A stretch of DNA of 64,000 bases, from NCBI GenBank assembly GCA_963823555.1, contig CAWGMA010000002.1, positions 416,001 through 480,000 on the forward strand, read 5' to 3'. This stretch comes from Candidatus Eiseniibacteriota bacterium (GTDB lineage Bacteria > Eisenbacteria > RBG-16-71-46 > CAVPCR01). The notes beneath the pieces were generated by a model. The model ran no database searches and was not told where the DNA came from. It saw only the letters and a program-made list of their open reading frames with translations. Position numbers and translations under genes: made by a program. Shown here piece by piece: positions 29,489-40,118 of the stretch (position 1 is the first letter of the stretch; each line of letters opens with the position of its first letter).

Positions 29489-29595
29489 GGGGGCGCGACC
29501 GCTGTCACAAACTCCTCTCCTCGCCGGCTCCCTCGGTGCGCTGGTCAGCCCGCCAGTGACGCCCGAGTGCTGCTCGGGAAGGAAAGGAGAGGAGC

Positions 29596-30351
29596 ATGCG
29601 ATACTCTGTTCACCTCACGGTCATGGCCCTGTTCTCCGCGGTGCTGGTCGGTGGCTGCTCCGAGGATCCGGCCGCGCCCGAAGCTGGCGCCCGCGCGGTC
29701 GTCCGGGAGGCCGGGCCCGAGCCGGACGACATCTCGGCCGAGGTCCTCGGTGCTCGCGGCATTCCCTTTGCCGAGACCCACGTCTTCTTCGAGTTCAACT
29801 CCACCGACAATGATCTCGGCTTCCAGCTGATGCTGGACGGCGACGAATGGCGTCGGGTGAACGTCTTCGATCCCGATGACAGCCGCATCCTCGACTTCAA
29901 GGCCAAAGGTCCCCTCCAGGAGCTCGGCCTGACCGAGCTGCGTTTCGAGAGCGCCGAGCCATCCCCCGGGGAGGTGCTGGCGCTCTTCGCCCCCGGGGAG
30001 TATTCCTTTGTCGGCGTCTCGGTCGATGGGGAACGGCTCGAGGGATCCGGGATGCTCTCGCATGATTTGCCGCCGGCGCCCGTGTTCGTCAGCCCGCCCG
30101 CCGGTGGGACCGTGGCGGCGGAGGACCTCGTCATCCGCTGGATCCCGAGCGGGGGTCTCGCGGGGTACGAGGTGATTCTCGTCAACGAGGACACGGGCGC
30201 CTCGATGACGGTAGAGCTCGATGGCGGAGCGACCTCGCTCGAGGTGCCGGCGGAGTTCGCCGCCGAGGACACGGAGTACAAGGCCGAGATCCTCTCCGTG
30301 GCCGTGAACGGCAACAAGACCATCACCGAGATCACGTTCTTCACCGAGTGA
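29596..30351 (+). CDS. Hypothetical lipoprotein
   Basis: GGAG RBS, lipobox VGGC, FEFNSTDNDLGFQ..LDGDEW, ESAEP. Confidence 0.75.
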   Translation: MRYSVHLTVMALFSAVLVGGCSEDPAAPEAGARAVVREAGPEPDDISAEVLGARGIPFAETHVFFEFNSTDNDLGFQLMLDGDEWRRVNVFDPDDSRILDFKAKGPLQELGLTELRFESAEPSPGEVLALFAPGEYSFVGVSVDGERLEGSGMLSHDLPPAPVFVSPPAGGTVAAEDLVIRWIPSGGLAGYEVILVNEDTGASMTVELDGGATSLEVPAEFAAEDTEYKAEILSVAVNGNKTITEITFFTE

Positions 30352-30476
30352 GCAGGCCTCTGCGGGTGGTGCTGGGGACTGGGCTCGGCCCGCGGGAGCG
30401 GACCGGGCCCGATCCTTGCCGCGGTGGTAGGCTGACGGCCTCGAGCCGGTCGGTCGAGCAGCCGAAGGGAGTGATC

Positions 30477-31475
30477 ATGAGTCGGAATACCTGGCGCCTA
30501 CCCTTGCTCGTCTTCGTCACGTCGGTCACGTTTCACGCGGCGAGGGTGTCTCCTGCCGCTGCCGATCCCTTGCCCTCGTGGAACGAGGGGTCGGCCAAGG
30601 AGGCCATCGTCGAGTTCGTCGCGCGCGTGACGAAGGAGGGCGGCCCGGACTTCGTGCCGGTCGCCGAGCGGATCGCCGTCTTCGACAACGATGGCACGCT
30701 CTGGTCGGAGCAGCCTCTGTACTTCCAGCTCGCCTTCGCCCTCGACCGCGTCAAGGCGCTGGCCCCGGAGCATCCGGAGTGGCAGCAAGAAGAGCCCTTC
30801 CGGTCGGTGCTGGCGGGGGACATGGCCGGTGTTGAGGCCGCAGGCGAGAAGGGTCTGCTCGAGATCGTCGCCGCCAGCCATGCCGGCATGACCACCGAGG
30901 AGTTCGAGCGGACCGTCGAGGACTGGATCAAGACCGCGCGCCATCCCACGCTCGGACGTCCCTACACCGAGCTCACCTTCCAGCCGATGCGCGAACTCCT
31001 TTCCTACCTGCGCGCCAGCGGCTTCAAGACCTACATCGTATCCGGCGGCGGTGTCGAGTTCATGCGCCCGTGGACGGAGGAGGTCTATGGCATCCCCCCG
31101 GAGCAGGTCGTGGGAAGCAGCATCAAGACCAGGTATGAAGTGCGCGACGGCAAACCGGTCATCATGCGGCTCCCGGAGATCGACTTCATCGACGACAAGG
31201 CCGGAAAGCCGGTCGGCATCCACAAGTTCATCGGGCGCCGGCCGCTGGCCGCCTTCGGCAACTCGGATGGCGATTTCCAGATGCTCGAATGGACCACGTC
31301 GGCGCCTGGAGCGCGGCTCGCGATGATCGTCCATCACGATGACGCCAGGCGCGAGTGGGCCTACGATCGCGAATCGCATATCGGCCGGCTGGTTCGCGGT
31401 CTCGATGAGGGGGCGGCGCGGAACTGGACCATCATCAGCATGGCGCGGGATTGGAAAGCGATCTATGGCGAATAA
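30477..31475 (+). CDS. Secreted HAD-family phosphatase
   Basis: Signal peptide, FDNDGTLW, VSGG, AFGNSDGD. Confidence 0.88.
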   Translation: MSRNTWRLPLLVFVTSVTFHAARVSPAAADPLPSWNEGSAKEAIVEFVARVTKEGGPDFVPVAERIAVFDNDGTLWSEQPLYFQLAFALDRVKALAPEHPEWQQEEPFRSVLAGDMAGVEAAGEKGLLEIVAASHAGMTTEEFERTVEDWIKTARHPTLGRPYTELTFQPMRELLSYLRASGFKTYIVSGGGVEFMRPWTEEVYGIPPEQVVGSSIKTRYEVRDGKPVIMRLPEIDFIDDKAGKPVGIHKFIGRRPLAAFGNSDGDFQMLEWTTSAPGARLAMIVHHDDARREWAYDRESHIGRLVRGLDEGAARNWTIISMARDWKAIYGE

Positions 31476-32415
31476 GACAGGAAGCGCTGGTGCCGGCGGG
31501 CGCCTGGTCGCGGCCGTCCTCATGGCGATGGTGATCGCGCTGCCGGCTGGGGCGGAGACCTCGGACTCCATTCCCCGCGGCGGATTCGAGCTCCACTACC
31601 GGGTCGTCGGCGATGGCGGGCCCTTCGTGGTCATGCTCTCTGGTGGCCCCGGCCTGGACGTCGACTACATGGCGTCGGTCACCGACGTGCTCGCGAAGTC
31701 CCATCGCTGCGTGCTCCTCGAGCAGCGGGGCACCGGGCGATCGCGGCTCCCGGTCATCGACGAGACGACGATCAACTGGGAGGCCTACCTTGGCGATCTG
31801 GAAGCCCTGCGCGAGGACCTCGGCGAGGAGAAGCTGACGCTCCTCGGTCACTCCTGGGGGATGACCTACGCCCTTGCCTATGCCGGGACCCATCCGGATC
31901 GAGCCCGGGGCGTGGTGACGATGGGATCTGCTCCCATCACGGCCGATTACATGCAGGTCTTTGGTGACAACCGGAACTCGCGTCTCTGGCCGGCCGAGCG
32001 GGAGTCGCTCGAGGTATGGTCGGATCCGGCGCGCTGGGGTCCGGCTCCCGACCGGGCTCTCCTCGGATACCTGCGCGCGATCACGCCGACCGACTTCTTC
32101 GACCGTGAGAAGGGGCTCGCACAGGCGGCGCGGTGGGAGCTAGGCTGGTGTCACGCGCGAGTGGGCGAGGTTGCCGAGAAGACGATCTGGACCGATCTCG
32201 ATCTCCGGCCGCGCCTCCGCGCCATCACCTGCCCGGTGCTCTTCGTCCATGGCTACCAGGACGTGGCCGGGGAGGCCAACATGCTCGCGGCCAGGGACTC
32301 GATCGCGGACGCGACCCTGCGGTTCATCCACCGTGCCGGCCACTACCCGTGGCTCGATCAACCAGATGAAACCTGGAAGGCCGTCCTGCCGTTTCTGGCG
32401 GAGTTGCCTCGGTGA
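31465..32415 (+). CDS. Secreted alpha/beta hydrolase (proline iminopeptidase-like)
   Basis: GGPG, QRGTGRS, GHSWG nucleophile elbow, GYQD, AGHYPW. Confidence 0.85.
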   Translation: MANKTGSAGAGGRLVAAVLMAMVIALPAGAETSDSIPRGGFELHYRVVGDGGPFVVMLSGGPGLDVDYMASVTDVLAKSHRCVLLEQRGTGRSRLPVIDETTINWEAYLGDLEALREDLGEEKLTLLGHSWGMTYALAYAGTHPDRARGVVTMGSAPITADYMQVFGDNRNSRLWPAERESLEVWSDPARWGPAPDRALLGYLRAITPTDFFDREKGLAQAARWELGWCHARVGEVAEKTIWTDLDLRPRLRAITCPVLFVHGYQDVAGEANMLAARDSIADATLRFIHRAGHYPWLDQPDETWKAVLPFLAELPR

Positions 32416-32450
32416 TTCGTGGCTCGTTCCCGCGAAGGAGGGCGTGCGCA

Positions 32451-33008
32451 ATGGTCAGAGGTGCGTCCCGGGTGGTTCCGGTTCTTCTCTTCGTGTCCCT
32501 GATTCTCGCCGGCCCGGCTGGGGCCGGGCCCGAGGCCGGCAAGGCTCCCGAATCCGGCAAGGCCGGGATGCCGGCCCCCCCGCCGCCGCGCGCGATCCCG
32601 GGCCTCACGGCCGAGGATCACTTTCCCCATGCCTGCGTGGACTGTCATCTCAACTACGCGGAGATGAACATGGACACGCGATTCAGCACCCTGCTGAAGC
32701 AGTGGTCTGAGCAGGTGGATCCCAAGCTCCTGGCCGAGGCCAAGGCCAGCGCTCCTCAGGGGCTCACCGTCACCGGGAAGCATCCCGATGCCACCCAGGC
32801 GCTCGCCGATATCCCGAATGCCTGCCTCCAGTGCCACGACAAGGCGGCGAACGCAGCGCCGCCCTTCTCCCGGATGATCCACCGCATCCACCTGACCGGC
32901 GGCAAGGAGAACCCCTTCCTGACCGTCTTCCAGGGTGAGTGCACGCACTGCCACAAGCTAGACCAGTCGACCGGCGAGTGGTCCATTCCCAGCGGACCGG
33001 AGAAGTAG
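32451..33008 (+). CDS. Periplasmic triheme c-type cytochrome
   Basis: Signal peptide, CVDCH, CLQCH, CTHCH. Confidence 0.8.
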   Translation: MVRGASRVVPVLLFVSLILAGPAGAGPEAGKAPESGKAGMPAPPPPRAIPGLTAEDHFPHACVDCHLNYAEMNMDTRFSTLLKQWSEQVDPKLLAEAKASAPQGLTVTGKHPDATQALADIPNACLQCHDKAANAAPPFSRMIHRIHLTGGKENPFLTVFQGECTHCHKLDQSTGEWSIPSGPEK

Positions 33009-33103
33009 AGAAGGCCGCAACGGATGGAGGTCCAGCGAACGAGGCCGGCGGCCCCGGTGGGGACTGCCGGCCTCGCGCCCGTTTCAGGTGCCGAGCTGTC
33101 GCG

Positions 33104-34879
33104 CTATCTCCCGATCACCACCTTCTGCTCGCTGGGCGGCGTCCCGGTGCCGGGCGCATCGAGGCGCACCCAGTAGATGCCGCCGGCCACCGCCTGGCCG
33201 CGATCGTTGCGGCCATCCCAGCGGAGGCGATGCGCGCCGGGATCGAAGGTGCGATCGGCGAGCGTGCGCACCGTGCGTCCCGCGACGTCGAGGATCGTGA
33301 GCCGCACGCTCGCATCGCGGCCCAGCTCGAAGGGGATCGTGGTTCCGGCGAACGCCGGGTTCGGGTAGACGAGCCCGAGACGCAACGTGGCCGCGCCGGG
33401 TGATTCACTGCCCGCGATGCCGGCCCCTCCGCCCGGGATCACGAACCCGTGCTGGTTCGTGTGCCAGTTGTCATGGAAGAGCGTTCCCCACTCGATGGCA
33501 TCGGCGTTGTAGACCGTCGCGAAGTCCCAGATCGCCACCGCCCCGGTGGAGCCGGTCATGGCCATGTCCAGATCACCATCCATGTCCACGTCACCGAGGG
33601 CCGGCGAGTTGGGCAGGCTCGCCGCGAGCTTGGGGAAGGGGAAATCCGCCGCGTTCGAGCCGTCCACGTTGTAGCCGTGGAACTGGCCCGGCGTGTAGTT
33701 GTCGCCGATCACGATCTCCATCTGGGCCTCGCCGTCGAAGTTGGCGACGATGGCCGAGCCCTCCATGTTGTCGAGCGGCAGCGGCCAGCCGGGGAGCACG
33801 GCCCCCATGTGGTCCCAGGCATAGAAGCTCGGGGCCGCGCTCACCTTGCCGGCGTTGAAGATCTCGAGATCCAGGTCACCGTCCACATCGCCGAGCACCG
33901 GACAGGAGTAGGTCTGCACGCTCGGATACGTGAGCGGGAAGTTGGGGAAGGCCGTCCCGTCGCCGCGATAGGCGTTGATGCGCGTGAAGTTCCCGAACGA
34001 GTAGCCGACGACGAGGACCTCGCGCGATCCGTCGTGGTCGAGATCCCCGATCGAGGGCGCGGCCCAGGAGCTCGAGAGGCCCGTCGCCTGCGGCCAGCCG
34101 GGAAGCACGGTGCCATCCGCGGCGAGGCCATGGAGCATGTTCGTGCTCGCCGTGACCGCGAAGATCTCGGGCCGCGAATCTCCGACCACGTCGCCCACGG
34201 CGAGGGTGCCGCTGACCGTGCCGCCGACGACCCGCGGCCAGCCGGTCACCGTGCTGCCATCGGCATGGTAGGCATAGACCGTCCCGCCGCCGCCGATCAG
34301 GACTTCCGGCACGCCATCGCCATCGAGGTTGGCCACGGTCGGGGCGATGAAGCCGAAGGTGCCGCCCCACGGCCGCGGCCATCCCGAAAGCGGGGTGCCG
34401 TCGTGATGAAGGATGTGGAGCTGGCCCGTCTTCACGGCGATCAGGATCTCGAGATCGCCGTTCCCGTCGAGGTCGGCGGCTGCGGCCTTCGACTGAATCT
34501 GCCCGCCGAGGGCCACGGGCCATCCGGAGAGCAGCGTGCCGTCGTGATTCCACACCCGCAACAGCCCATCGGTCGAGCCGGCGACCACCTCGAGATCGCC
34601 GTTGGCGTCGACATCGGCGAGAGTGACCCCGACCGGCGAGAAGTTGGGGGTCGTGCCCATCAACTGCGGCCAGCCGGACATGATGGGTGGTGGAACGAGT
34701 GCGGAAGGTGTCGCCGGGCCGGGGAGCACCGCGATCGCCTGCGCTTCTCCGGGTGCAAGCGCGGTGATGTCCCCGGTGGCGAGGGCCACGGCGGCGAGAG
34801 CGGGCGCGGGGAGGACGGCCGTGGCGAGGACGAGTGCGAGGACCAGAACCGGGGCATCGCCCCGCAGGGTGGAGCGCAT
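33104..34879 (-). CDS. FG-GAP/VCBS-repeat propeller protein with FlgD/T9SS-type C-terminal domain
   Basis: Repeated DxDGDGxxE...GWP units, then YPNP...WDGRN...GIYW...KVVIGR. Confidence 0.85.
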   Translation of the reverse strand: MRSTLRGDAPVLVLALVLATAVLPAPALAAVALATGDITALAPGEAQAIAVLPGPATPSALVPPPIMSGWPQLMGTTPNFSPVGVTLADVDANGDLEVVAGSTDGLLRVWNHDGTLLSGWPVALGGQIQSKAAAADLDGNGDLEILIAVKTGQLHILHHDGTPLSGWPRPWGGTFGFIAPTVANLDGDGVPEVLIGGGGTVYAYHADGSTVTGWPRVVGGTVSGTLAVGDVVGDSRPEIFAVTASTNMLHGLAADGTVLPGWPQATGLSSSWAAPSIGDLDHDGSREVLVVGYSFGNFTRINAYRGDGTAFPNFPLTYPSVQTYSCPVLGDVDGDLDLEIFNAGKVSAAPSFYAWDHMGAVLPGWPLPLDNMEGSAIVANFDGEAQMEIVIGDNYTPGQFHGYNVDGSNAADFPFPKLAASLPNSPALGDVDMDGDLDMAMTGSTGAVAIWDFATVYNADAIEWGTLFHDNWHTNQHGFVIPGGGAGIAGSESPGAATLRLGLVYPNPAFAGTTIPFELGRDASVRLTILDVAGRTVRTLADRTFDPGAHRLRWDGRNDRGQAVAGGIYWVRLDAPGTGTPPSEQKVVIGR

Positions 34880-34987
34880 GGATGACCTCCTCAGTGGGGA
34901 TGGGGCTTGCGCGCAGGCCCGGGGATTCTATCATGATGGATGGCTCATCGGCAGCCGGACTGGATGAGCGATGAGGAGGAAAGACGG

Positions 34988-35620
34988 ATGAGTGCAAGCA
35001 AGATCGCAGGCGCCATGCTCACGGCCGGCGGGATCCTGATGCTCGTGATGTCCTCGGCCTCTGCCGCCGGTGAGACGGCAATGCCAGGCGCCGGTGAGCG
35101 CGAGATCGCAGTCGCTCGCGCCATCGCGGCGATGGACTCCCTGCAGGCGGGCCTTCTCCACCGGCTTCGCGCCGAGCTCGAACGCGGCGGCCCGCAGGCG
35201 GCAGTGGCTGTGTGCCGGGATTCGGCCGCGGTCATCACGGCGCGCATCGCTCGGGCCGAGGGTCTCGAGCTGGGACGGACGAGCCATCGCCTGCGCAATC
35301 CCGCCAATGCGCCGCGGGACTGGGCCCGCAGCACCGTCGCGGGCGCCGCCGGCAAGAAGGCGGCGGCGGAGAGCCTCCACGTCTTCGATCTGGGAGAGCG
35401 TCTTGGCGTGCTCCGGCCGATCGGGATCGCTTCTCCGTGCATGAACTGCCACGGGAGCCCGGAGATGGTGCAGCGAGCGATCGGTCCGGCTCTCGCCGCG
35501 ACCTATCCCGAAGATGCGGCCGTGGGATTCGCCCCGGGGGATCTCCGCGGTTTCATGTGGGCCGAGGTCCCGCCGGCGAGCCCACGGGCAGCGCCCGGCG
35601 AGAGCGAGCCGCGCCGCTGA
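34988..35620 (+). CDS. DUF3365 (Tll0287-like) monoheme c protein
   Basis: Signal peptide, RTSHRLRNPANAP, CMNCHG, YPEDAAVGF..GDLRG. Confidence 0.85.
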   Translation: MSASKIAGAMLTAGGILMLVMSSASAAGETAMPGAGEREIAVARAIAAMDSLQAGLLHRLRAELERGGPQAAVAVCRDSAAVITARIARAEGLELGRTSHRLRNPANAPRDWARSTVAGAAGKKAAAESLHVFDLGERLGVLRPIGIASPCMNCHGSPEMVQRAIGPALAATYPEDAAVGFAPGDLRGFMWAEVPPASPRAAPGESEPRR

Positions 35621-35644
35621 TCGGCCGGCCGGCGCCCGCCGGCC

Positions 35645-36439
35645 TCAGGCCGCCGCGCCGCCGCGGGCGCGGGGCGCCCTTTGGCGGGCGAAGGCGGTGA
35701 CGATGTAGGAGCCGCTCTTCTGGTCCTTCTCGAGATCGACGATCTTGTGGGTCTCGGCGTCCTCCAGCAGCTCCGAGAACGTCACGTAATCGTAGTAGCC
35801 TTCATCGAACTGCGGTCGCTTGCGCTTGATCGTCTCCTTGATCATCGATGCCCACAGGATGTCCTTGTTCTCGCGCTTCAAGGAGACGATGGCTTCGAGG
35901 AGGAGGGCGAAGGCCTGCTGCTTCTTCTTCGGCAGAGTGGACTTGATGGCGGCGGTCTGCGCCTGCGGCGGGCGCACCAGGTCCTCGTAGAAGATGAACT
36001 CGTCGCAGTTGTCGATGAGGAGATCGGAGGTCGAGTTCTTGACGCCGACCCCGATCACGTGCTTGTCGTTCTCCTTGAGCTTCGACACGAGCGGTGAGAA
36101 GTCGCTGTCGCCCGAGGCGATGACGAAGGTGTCGATGTGTTCCTTGGCGTAGCAGAGATCGATGGCGTCGACGACGAGCTTGATGTCGGCCGAGTTCTTT
36201 CCGCTGTAGTGCTTCTGCGGGATGTCGATGAGCTCGATCGCGGCCTCGTGGAAGACACGCTTGTAGTCGCTGTAGCGCTCCCAGTCGGCGTAGGCGCGCT
36301 TGACGACGATCTTCCCCTTGTCGAGTAGGCGGCGGAGCACGAGGTGGACATCGAAGTCCTTGTACTGGGCGCGCTTCGCGCCCATGGCGATGTTCTCGAA
36401 GTCGATGAGGACGGCGATCTTGCTTTCCACTTCTGGCAT
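35645..36439 (-). CDS. NYN (LabA/DUF88) PIN-like nuclease with OST-HTH domain
   Basis: IDFEN, KRAYADW, KNSADI, SGDSDF, CDEFIFY, FDEGYY..TFSELL. Confidence 0.9.
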   Translation of the reverse strand: MPEVESKIAVLIDFENIAMGAKRAQYKDFDVHLVLRRLLDKGKIVVKRAYADWERYSDYKRVFHEAAIELIDIPQKHYSGKNSADIKLVVDAIDLCYAKEHIDTFVIASGDSDFSPLVSKLKENDKHVIGVGVKNSTSDLLIDNCDEFIFYEDLVRPPQAQTAAIKSTLPKKKQQAFALLLEAIVSLKRENKDILWASMIKETIKRKRPQFDEGYYDYVTFSELLEDAETHKIVDLEKDQKSGSYIVTAFARQRAPRARGGAAA

Positions 36440-36798
36440 GAGGCCTCCAGGGACCGCGCCCGACGCGGGCGCGGCCTTTCCGGATGGCCATTCTAGCCCA
36501 GCACGGCGGGGGAAAGGGCTCGATCCTCCGCTTGGCGACGAGGCCGGGAAGTCTGGCCACCATGATCGGCCATGACATGATGTCCAGCCCTCGCAGGGAG
36601 CACTGCCCTTCTTTCCGGGAGGGTTTCGACCAGAGAGGGCCTGACTGCCATTCTGCCGGCCATCGTCCCTGCATAGGCCAACTTAGAGCCGTTCTTCGGG
36701 TGGTCGCTTTCTTGCTTGCTCTAACCCCATCGGGCCTGGCCTGTCCGACATGGACGATCCAACAGGCTCCCTGGAGCCGGTTCCACAGGAGGTACAAC

Positions 36799-37368
36799 GT
36801 GAGCACGCGCTGGACGATCATCGGCCTCGCCATCGCAGCCCTGGGCCTCGGCCTCTTGACCAGCTCGGTGACTCCCCGGGCCTGGTCCTTTCCTGACTTC
36901 TTCTCGAGTCGCTGTGCTTCCTGTCATACCGATGACACGCCCAGCTGTGTGGGTTGCCATCACCACCGGGGCACTCTCAACGCCACGACCGATCTCACGG
37001 AGTACCCGCCAGGTGCCGCCGTGACCGTGACCTTCACCGGCGGGACCCGTGGGGGCTGGATCCGCGCTCTCCTCTACGACCAGAACAACGTGGAGATCGA
37101 TCGCAAGACCGGCCCCACCGGGACCGGCGACGACGGTCAGCCCAATCCCGTGGTGTTCCCGGTGACGCTGACCGGTCAGGCGCCGGCCGAGGCCGGAACC
37201 TATACCTGGAGCGCCGCCTGGTTCGGCAACCTGAACGACGGCGGCGCGACGCACGGCGAGAACCTCCGTACCTTCACCGTCCGGGTGGTGGCGCCGACCT
37301 CGGTTCCCGATCAGGACTCGCCCACGGCTCCGAGCACCTGGGGCTGGATCAAGGGGCTCTTCGACTAG
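36799..37368 (+). CDS. Secreted protein with two CxxCH motifs, a Reeler-like beta domain and a C-terminal TWGWIKGLFD motif
   Basis: AGGAGG RBS before GTG 36799, signal peptide, CASCH and CVGCH. Confidence 0.75.
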   Translation: MSTRWTIIGLAIAALGLGLLTSSVTPRAWSFPDFFSSRCASCHTDDTPSCVGCHHHRGTLNATTDLTEYPPGAAVTVTFTGGTRGGWIRALLYDQNNVEIDRKTGPTGTGDDGQPNPVVFPVTLTGQAPAEAGTYTWSAAWFGNLNDGGATHGENLRTFTVRVVAPTSVPDQDSPTAPSTWGWIKGLFD

Positions 37369-37478
37369 GCAGAACGCCACGGGTGGATGCGCCCGCTGCT
37401 GTATAATAAAGGGCTTGGGGGGGCCGGCAAAAAGGCTGGCCCCCGCCCGGGCCGCGCGACATCGGAGGAATGTGCAGC

Positions 37479-38703
37479 ATGAGCCAACGCGCCCGCCCTG
37501 CCCTGGCCTCCTTCCTTGCCGCTCTTGTCGCCTGCGCCCTGTTCTCGGCACCGGCCGCCGCCTACCGCGCGCGTCACGCCATCATCGTCGTCGTCGACGG
37601 TGCCCGGCTGAGCGAGACCTTCGAGGATCCCGCCCACCAGTACGTCCCGCACACCTGGAACGAGCTCGTGCCCATCGGCACGCGCTTTACCGAGTTCCAC
37701 AACGACGGGCTCACCGAGACCGTGTCCGGTCACGCCAGCATCGTCACCGGGCACGTGGCAGGTGCTTCCCGATGATGGATCCGTCCGTCCGTCACAACCC
37801 ACGCTTTTCGAGTACTACCGGGCCCACACCGGCGCTCCCGAGCAACGCGCCTGGATCGTCGGCGGCAAGTACAAGCTCAACTCCTGCAGCTACAGCACGC
37901 ATCCCTTCTACGGCAGTGCGTATCGCGCCAGCACCGACAACTTCACGCGACCCGACGAATACACCTACAACGAGTTCAAGCAAGAGCTGGCGGATTACGC
38001 TCCCACGATCGCGCTCCTGAGCCTGTCGCAGACGGATTTCGAAGGCCACGACGGCAACTGGGATCGCTACACCGCGAGCATCGCCACCACCGATTCGATA
38101 CTCATCGACCTCTGGAACTGGCTCGAAGACCAGCCGGATTTCTCGGGGCAGACGGCACTCTTCCTCGTCAACGATCACGGGCGCCATCTCATCGACTGGA
38201 CGAATCACGGTGACACGTGTCTCGGATGTGTGCGCCTGAACTTCCTCGCCCTCGGCCCCGACTTCTTCCGGGGCACGGTGGTCGGCGACCTCGCCCAGCA
38301 GATCGACATCTGTCCCACCATCGCCGATCTCCTCGGCTTCCCGGCCCCCCTGGCCAGCGGCCGGAGCCTGCTGCGCCAGATCATCGGGATCGAGATGGAC
38401 CCCGCGTCGCCGCCGGCCGGCGGACCGGCGATCGAAGAGATCGCCCTGGCCCCGAACCCCTTCAACCCGCTCCTCCGCATCCAGGTGGATCTCCGCCGGA
38501 GCGCCCCGCTCGCGGTCGAGGTGTGCGATGTCGAGGGACGCAAGGTGCGCTCGCTGTGGCAAGGAGTCGCCGGTCCCGGTGCCCATGCCTTCACCTGGGA
38601 TGGCCGCGGCGAGGGCGGGCGTCCCCAGGCCGGCGGCTGGTACGCGATCGTCGTGCGCAGCGGGAACGAGGTCACGACGGAGAAGGCGGTCCTCGTCAAG
38701 TAA
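37479..38703 (+). CDS. Alkaline phosphatase/sulfatase-superfamily secreted enzyme with FlgD/T9SS-type C-terminal domain (one +1 indel near 37750)
   Basis: VVVDGAR, T.SGHASIVTG, TDFEGH, NDHGRH, QIDICPTIA, PNPFNP...KAVLVK. Removing one G from ACCGGGCACG joins the frames. Confidence 0.8.
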
Positions 38704-39463
38704 CGAGCGCCGCGATCTCCTCCGCGAACCAGCGCGCCGCCTTCTCGCGCTTGGCCTCGAGATCGGCGCGATCCGTGATGAAGAACAGAGGGTGAAGCGC
38801 ATCGAGGGTCTCGCGGGGCAGGTCGTGGCTCAGGTAGTAGACGCCGAACGCGTGGCGGGACGGGCTGTGACGAATGCGCAGCACCTCGACGAGCGATCCC
38901 AGGACCGCGCGATGATAGAAGTCGATTGCCTCGAGATCCTGGCCGCGCGCGAGGTACTTGTCGAAGAAGGGCCAGAACATCTCGGCCCGGGCGCGTAGAC
39001 GCCGGCCGCGCTCGGCGAGCTTGAGGGCCAGAGCCGCCGGATCGACGTGAGGGATGGTGACGCGCCCATCCTTGTTGAAGTGGAACACCACCTCGCCATG
39101 GATCTCCGGCTCCAGGAACTTGTCGCTCGCACCATGCCGGACGACGGCCAGATCGATGAGCAGGTAGGGGCTCGTACCACGGAGAAGGAAGAAGCTCTGC
39201 ACGTACCCGCCGCCGGGAGGCGGCGGCATGTCGAGCCGGCGCGAGATCGGCGCGAGATCGGCCAGCGCCCGAGCAGCCACCTCGAGGGTCTCCTCGGCGC
39301 GATCATCGGCGACGTCGACGTAGAGATCGATGTCGGACCATTGGTCGAGGCGCCCGAAGGCGATGGCGCCCCCCTCCCACATCGCAAAGACATGATCGAG
39401 CGGCTCGAGAGCCGCGACCAGCTTGGCGACGATCGGCTCGCGCGCGAGCGACCTTCGAGTCAT
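38696..39463 (-). CDS. Pol-beta-superfamily nucleotidyltransferase-domain protein
   Basis: GGAIAFGRLDQWSDIDL motif and a helical C-terminal domain. Confidence 0.7.
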   Translation of the reverse strand: MTRRSLAREPIVAKLVAALEPLDHVFAMWEGGAIAFGRLDQWSDIDLYVDVADDRAEETLEVAARALADLAPISRRLDMPPPPGGGYVQSFFLLRGTSPYLLIDLAVVRHGASDKFLEPEIHGEVVFHFNKDGRVTIPHVDPAALALKLAERGRRLRARAEMFWPFFDKYLARGQDLEAIDFYHRAVLGSLVEVLRIRHSPSRHAFGVYYLSHDLPRETLDALHPLFFITDRADLEAKREKAARWFAEEIAALVT

Positions 39464-39849
39464 CGCGAACCTTCGGGCTTCAACAGCACCTTGACCAGTA
39501 CCCGCTCGGCGGCGATGAAGGCGAGGCCGATCGCGAGCGGTGCGATGCCGCGGACGCTCGCGCGGGCGCCGTCCTCGACGCCGATCGCGATCATCGCGGC
39601 CACCCCGGCGAACAGGAGGGTCACGCCGAGGACCAGGAGCCAGGCCCGCGCCTTCCGCATGTCGCCGTTGGTTCGCGGCGGTGGCGCCAGGAGCTCGGGC
39701 GGGATCGGGAGCCCCTTCTCGGCGAGCAGCATGCGCTCGCGGTGCAGCCGATCTTGGGCCTTGAAGCGCAGGAACATGGAGACCAGAGCGATGATGAGGA
39801 TGACCGACAACATCACCATGGTCACGAGAACGGGTGCCAGAGATTCCAT
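39460..39849 (-). CDS. Small membrane protein (DUF6249-like), divergent from the ECF sigma gene
   Basis: GGAGG RBS, HRERMLLAEKGLPIP, three TM helices. Confidence 0.7.
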   Translation of the reverse strand: MESLAPVLVTMVMLSVILIIALVSMFLRFKAQDRLHRERMLLAEKGLPIPPELLAPPPRTNGDMRKARAWLLVLGVTLLFAGVAAMIAIGVEDGARASVRGIAPLAIGLAFIAAERVLVKVLLKPEGSR

Positions 39850-40118
39850 TTGAGCTACCTCCCCGGGGCCTGATCCAGGCTCGCCCTTCCGGTCTGGCGG
39901 CGAGATCGAGATCCTCCGGCCATCACTTGAATCAGACTCCGGCCCGGGGGCCATTGTTTCGCCGCGTCTGGCCAGGCGGGGTGGGGCGTGAAACAATCGA
40001 TGTCCGGAGGCGTCTATCGCCTTGGATGGGCCCGCCCCGGCAGCCGGTCGGTGGCGGGCGAGCCGCGAGCCTGGCTGCCGGATGCCGGCGGCGGGTCGCA
40101 AGGGCGGGAAGGGGGCCG

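Noticed and set aside
37402..37407. Perfect TATAAT upstream of the phosphatase-like gene
   Set aside because: There is no recognisable -35 or extended -10 element, so support is too weak to list.
37745..37760. Frameshift in the phosphatase-like gene as possible recoding
   Set aside because: It is a single extra G in a short run in mid-domain with no slippery heptamer. A sequencing error or mutation is more likely.
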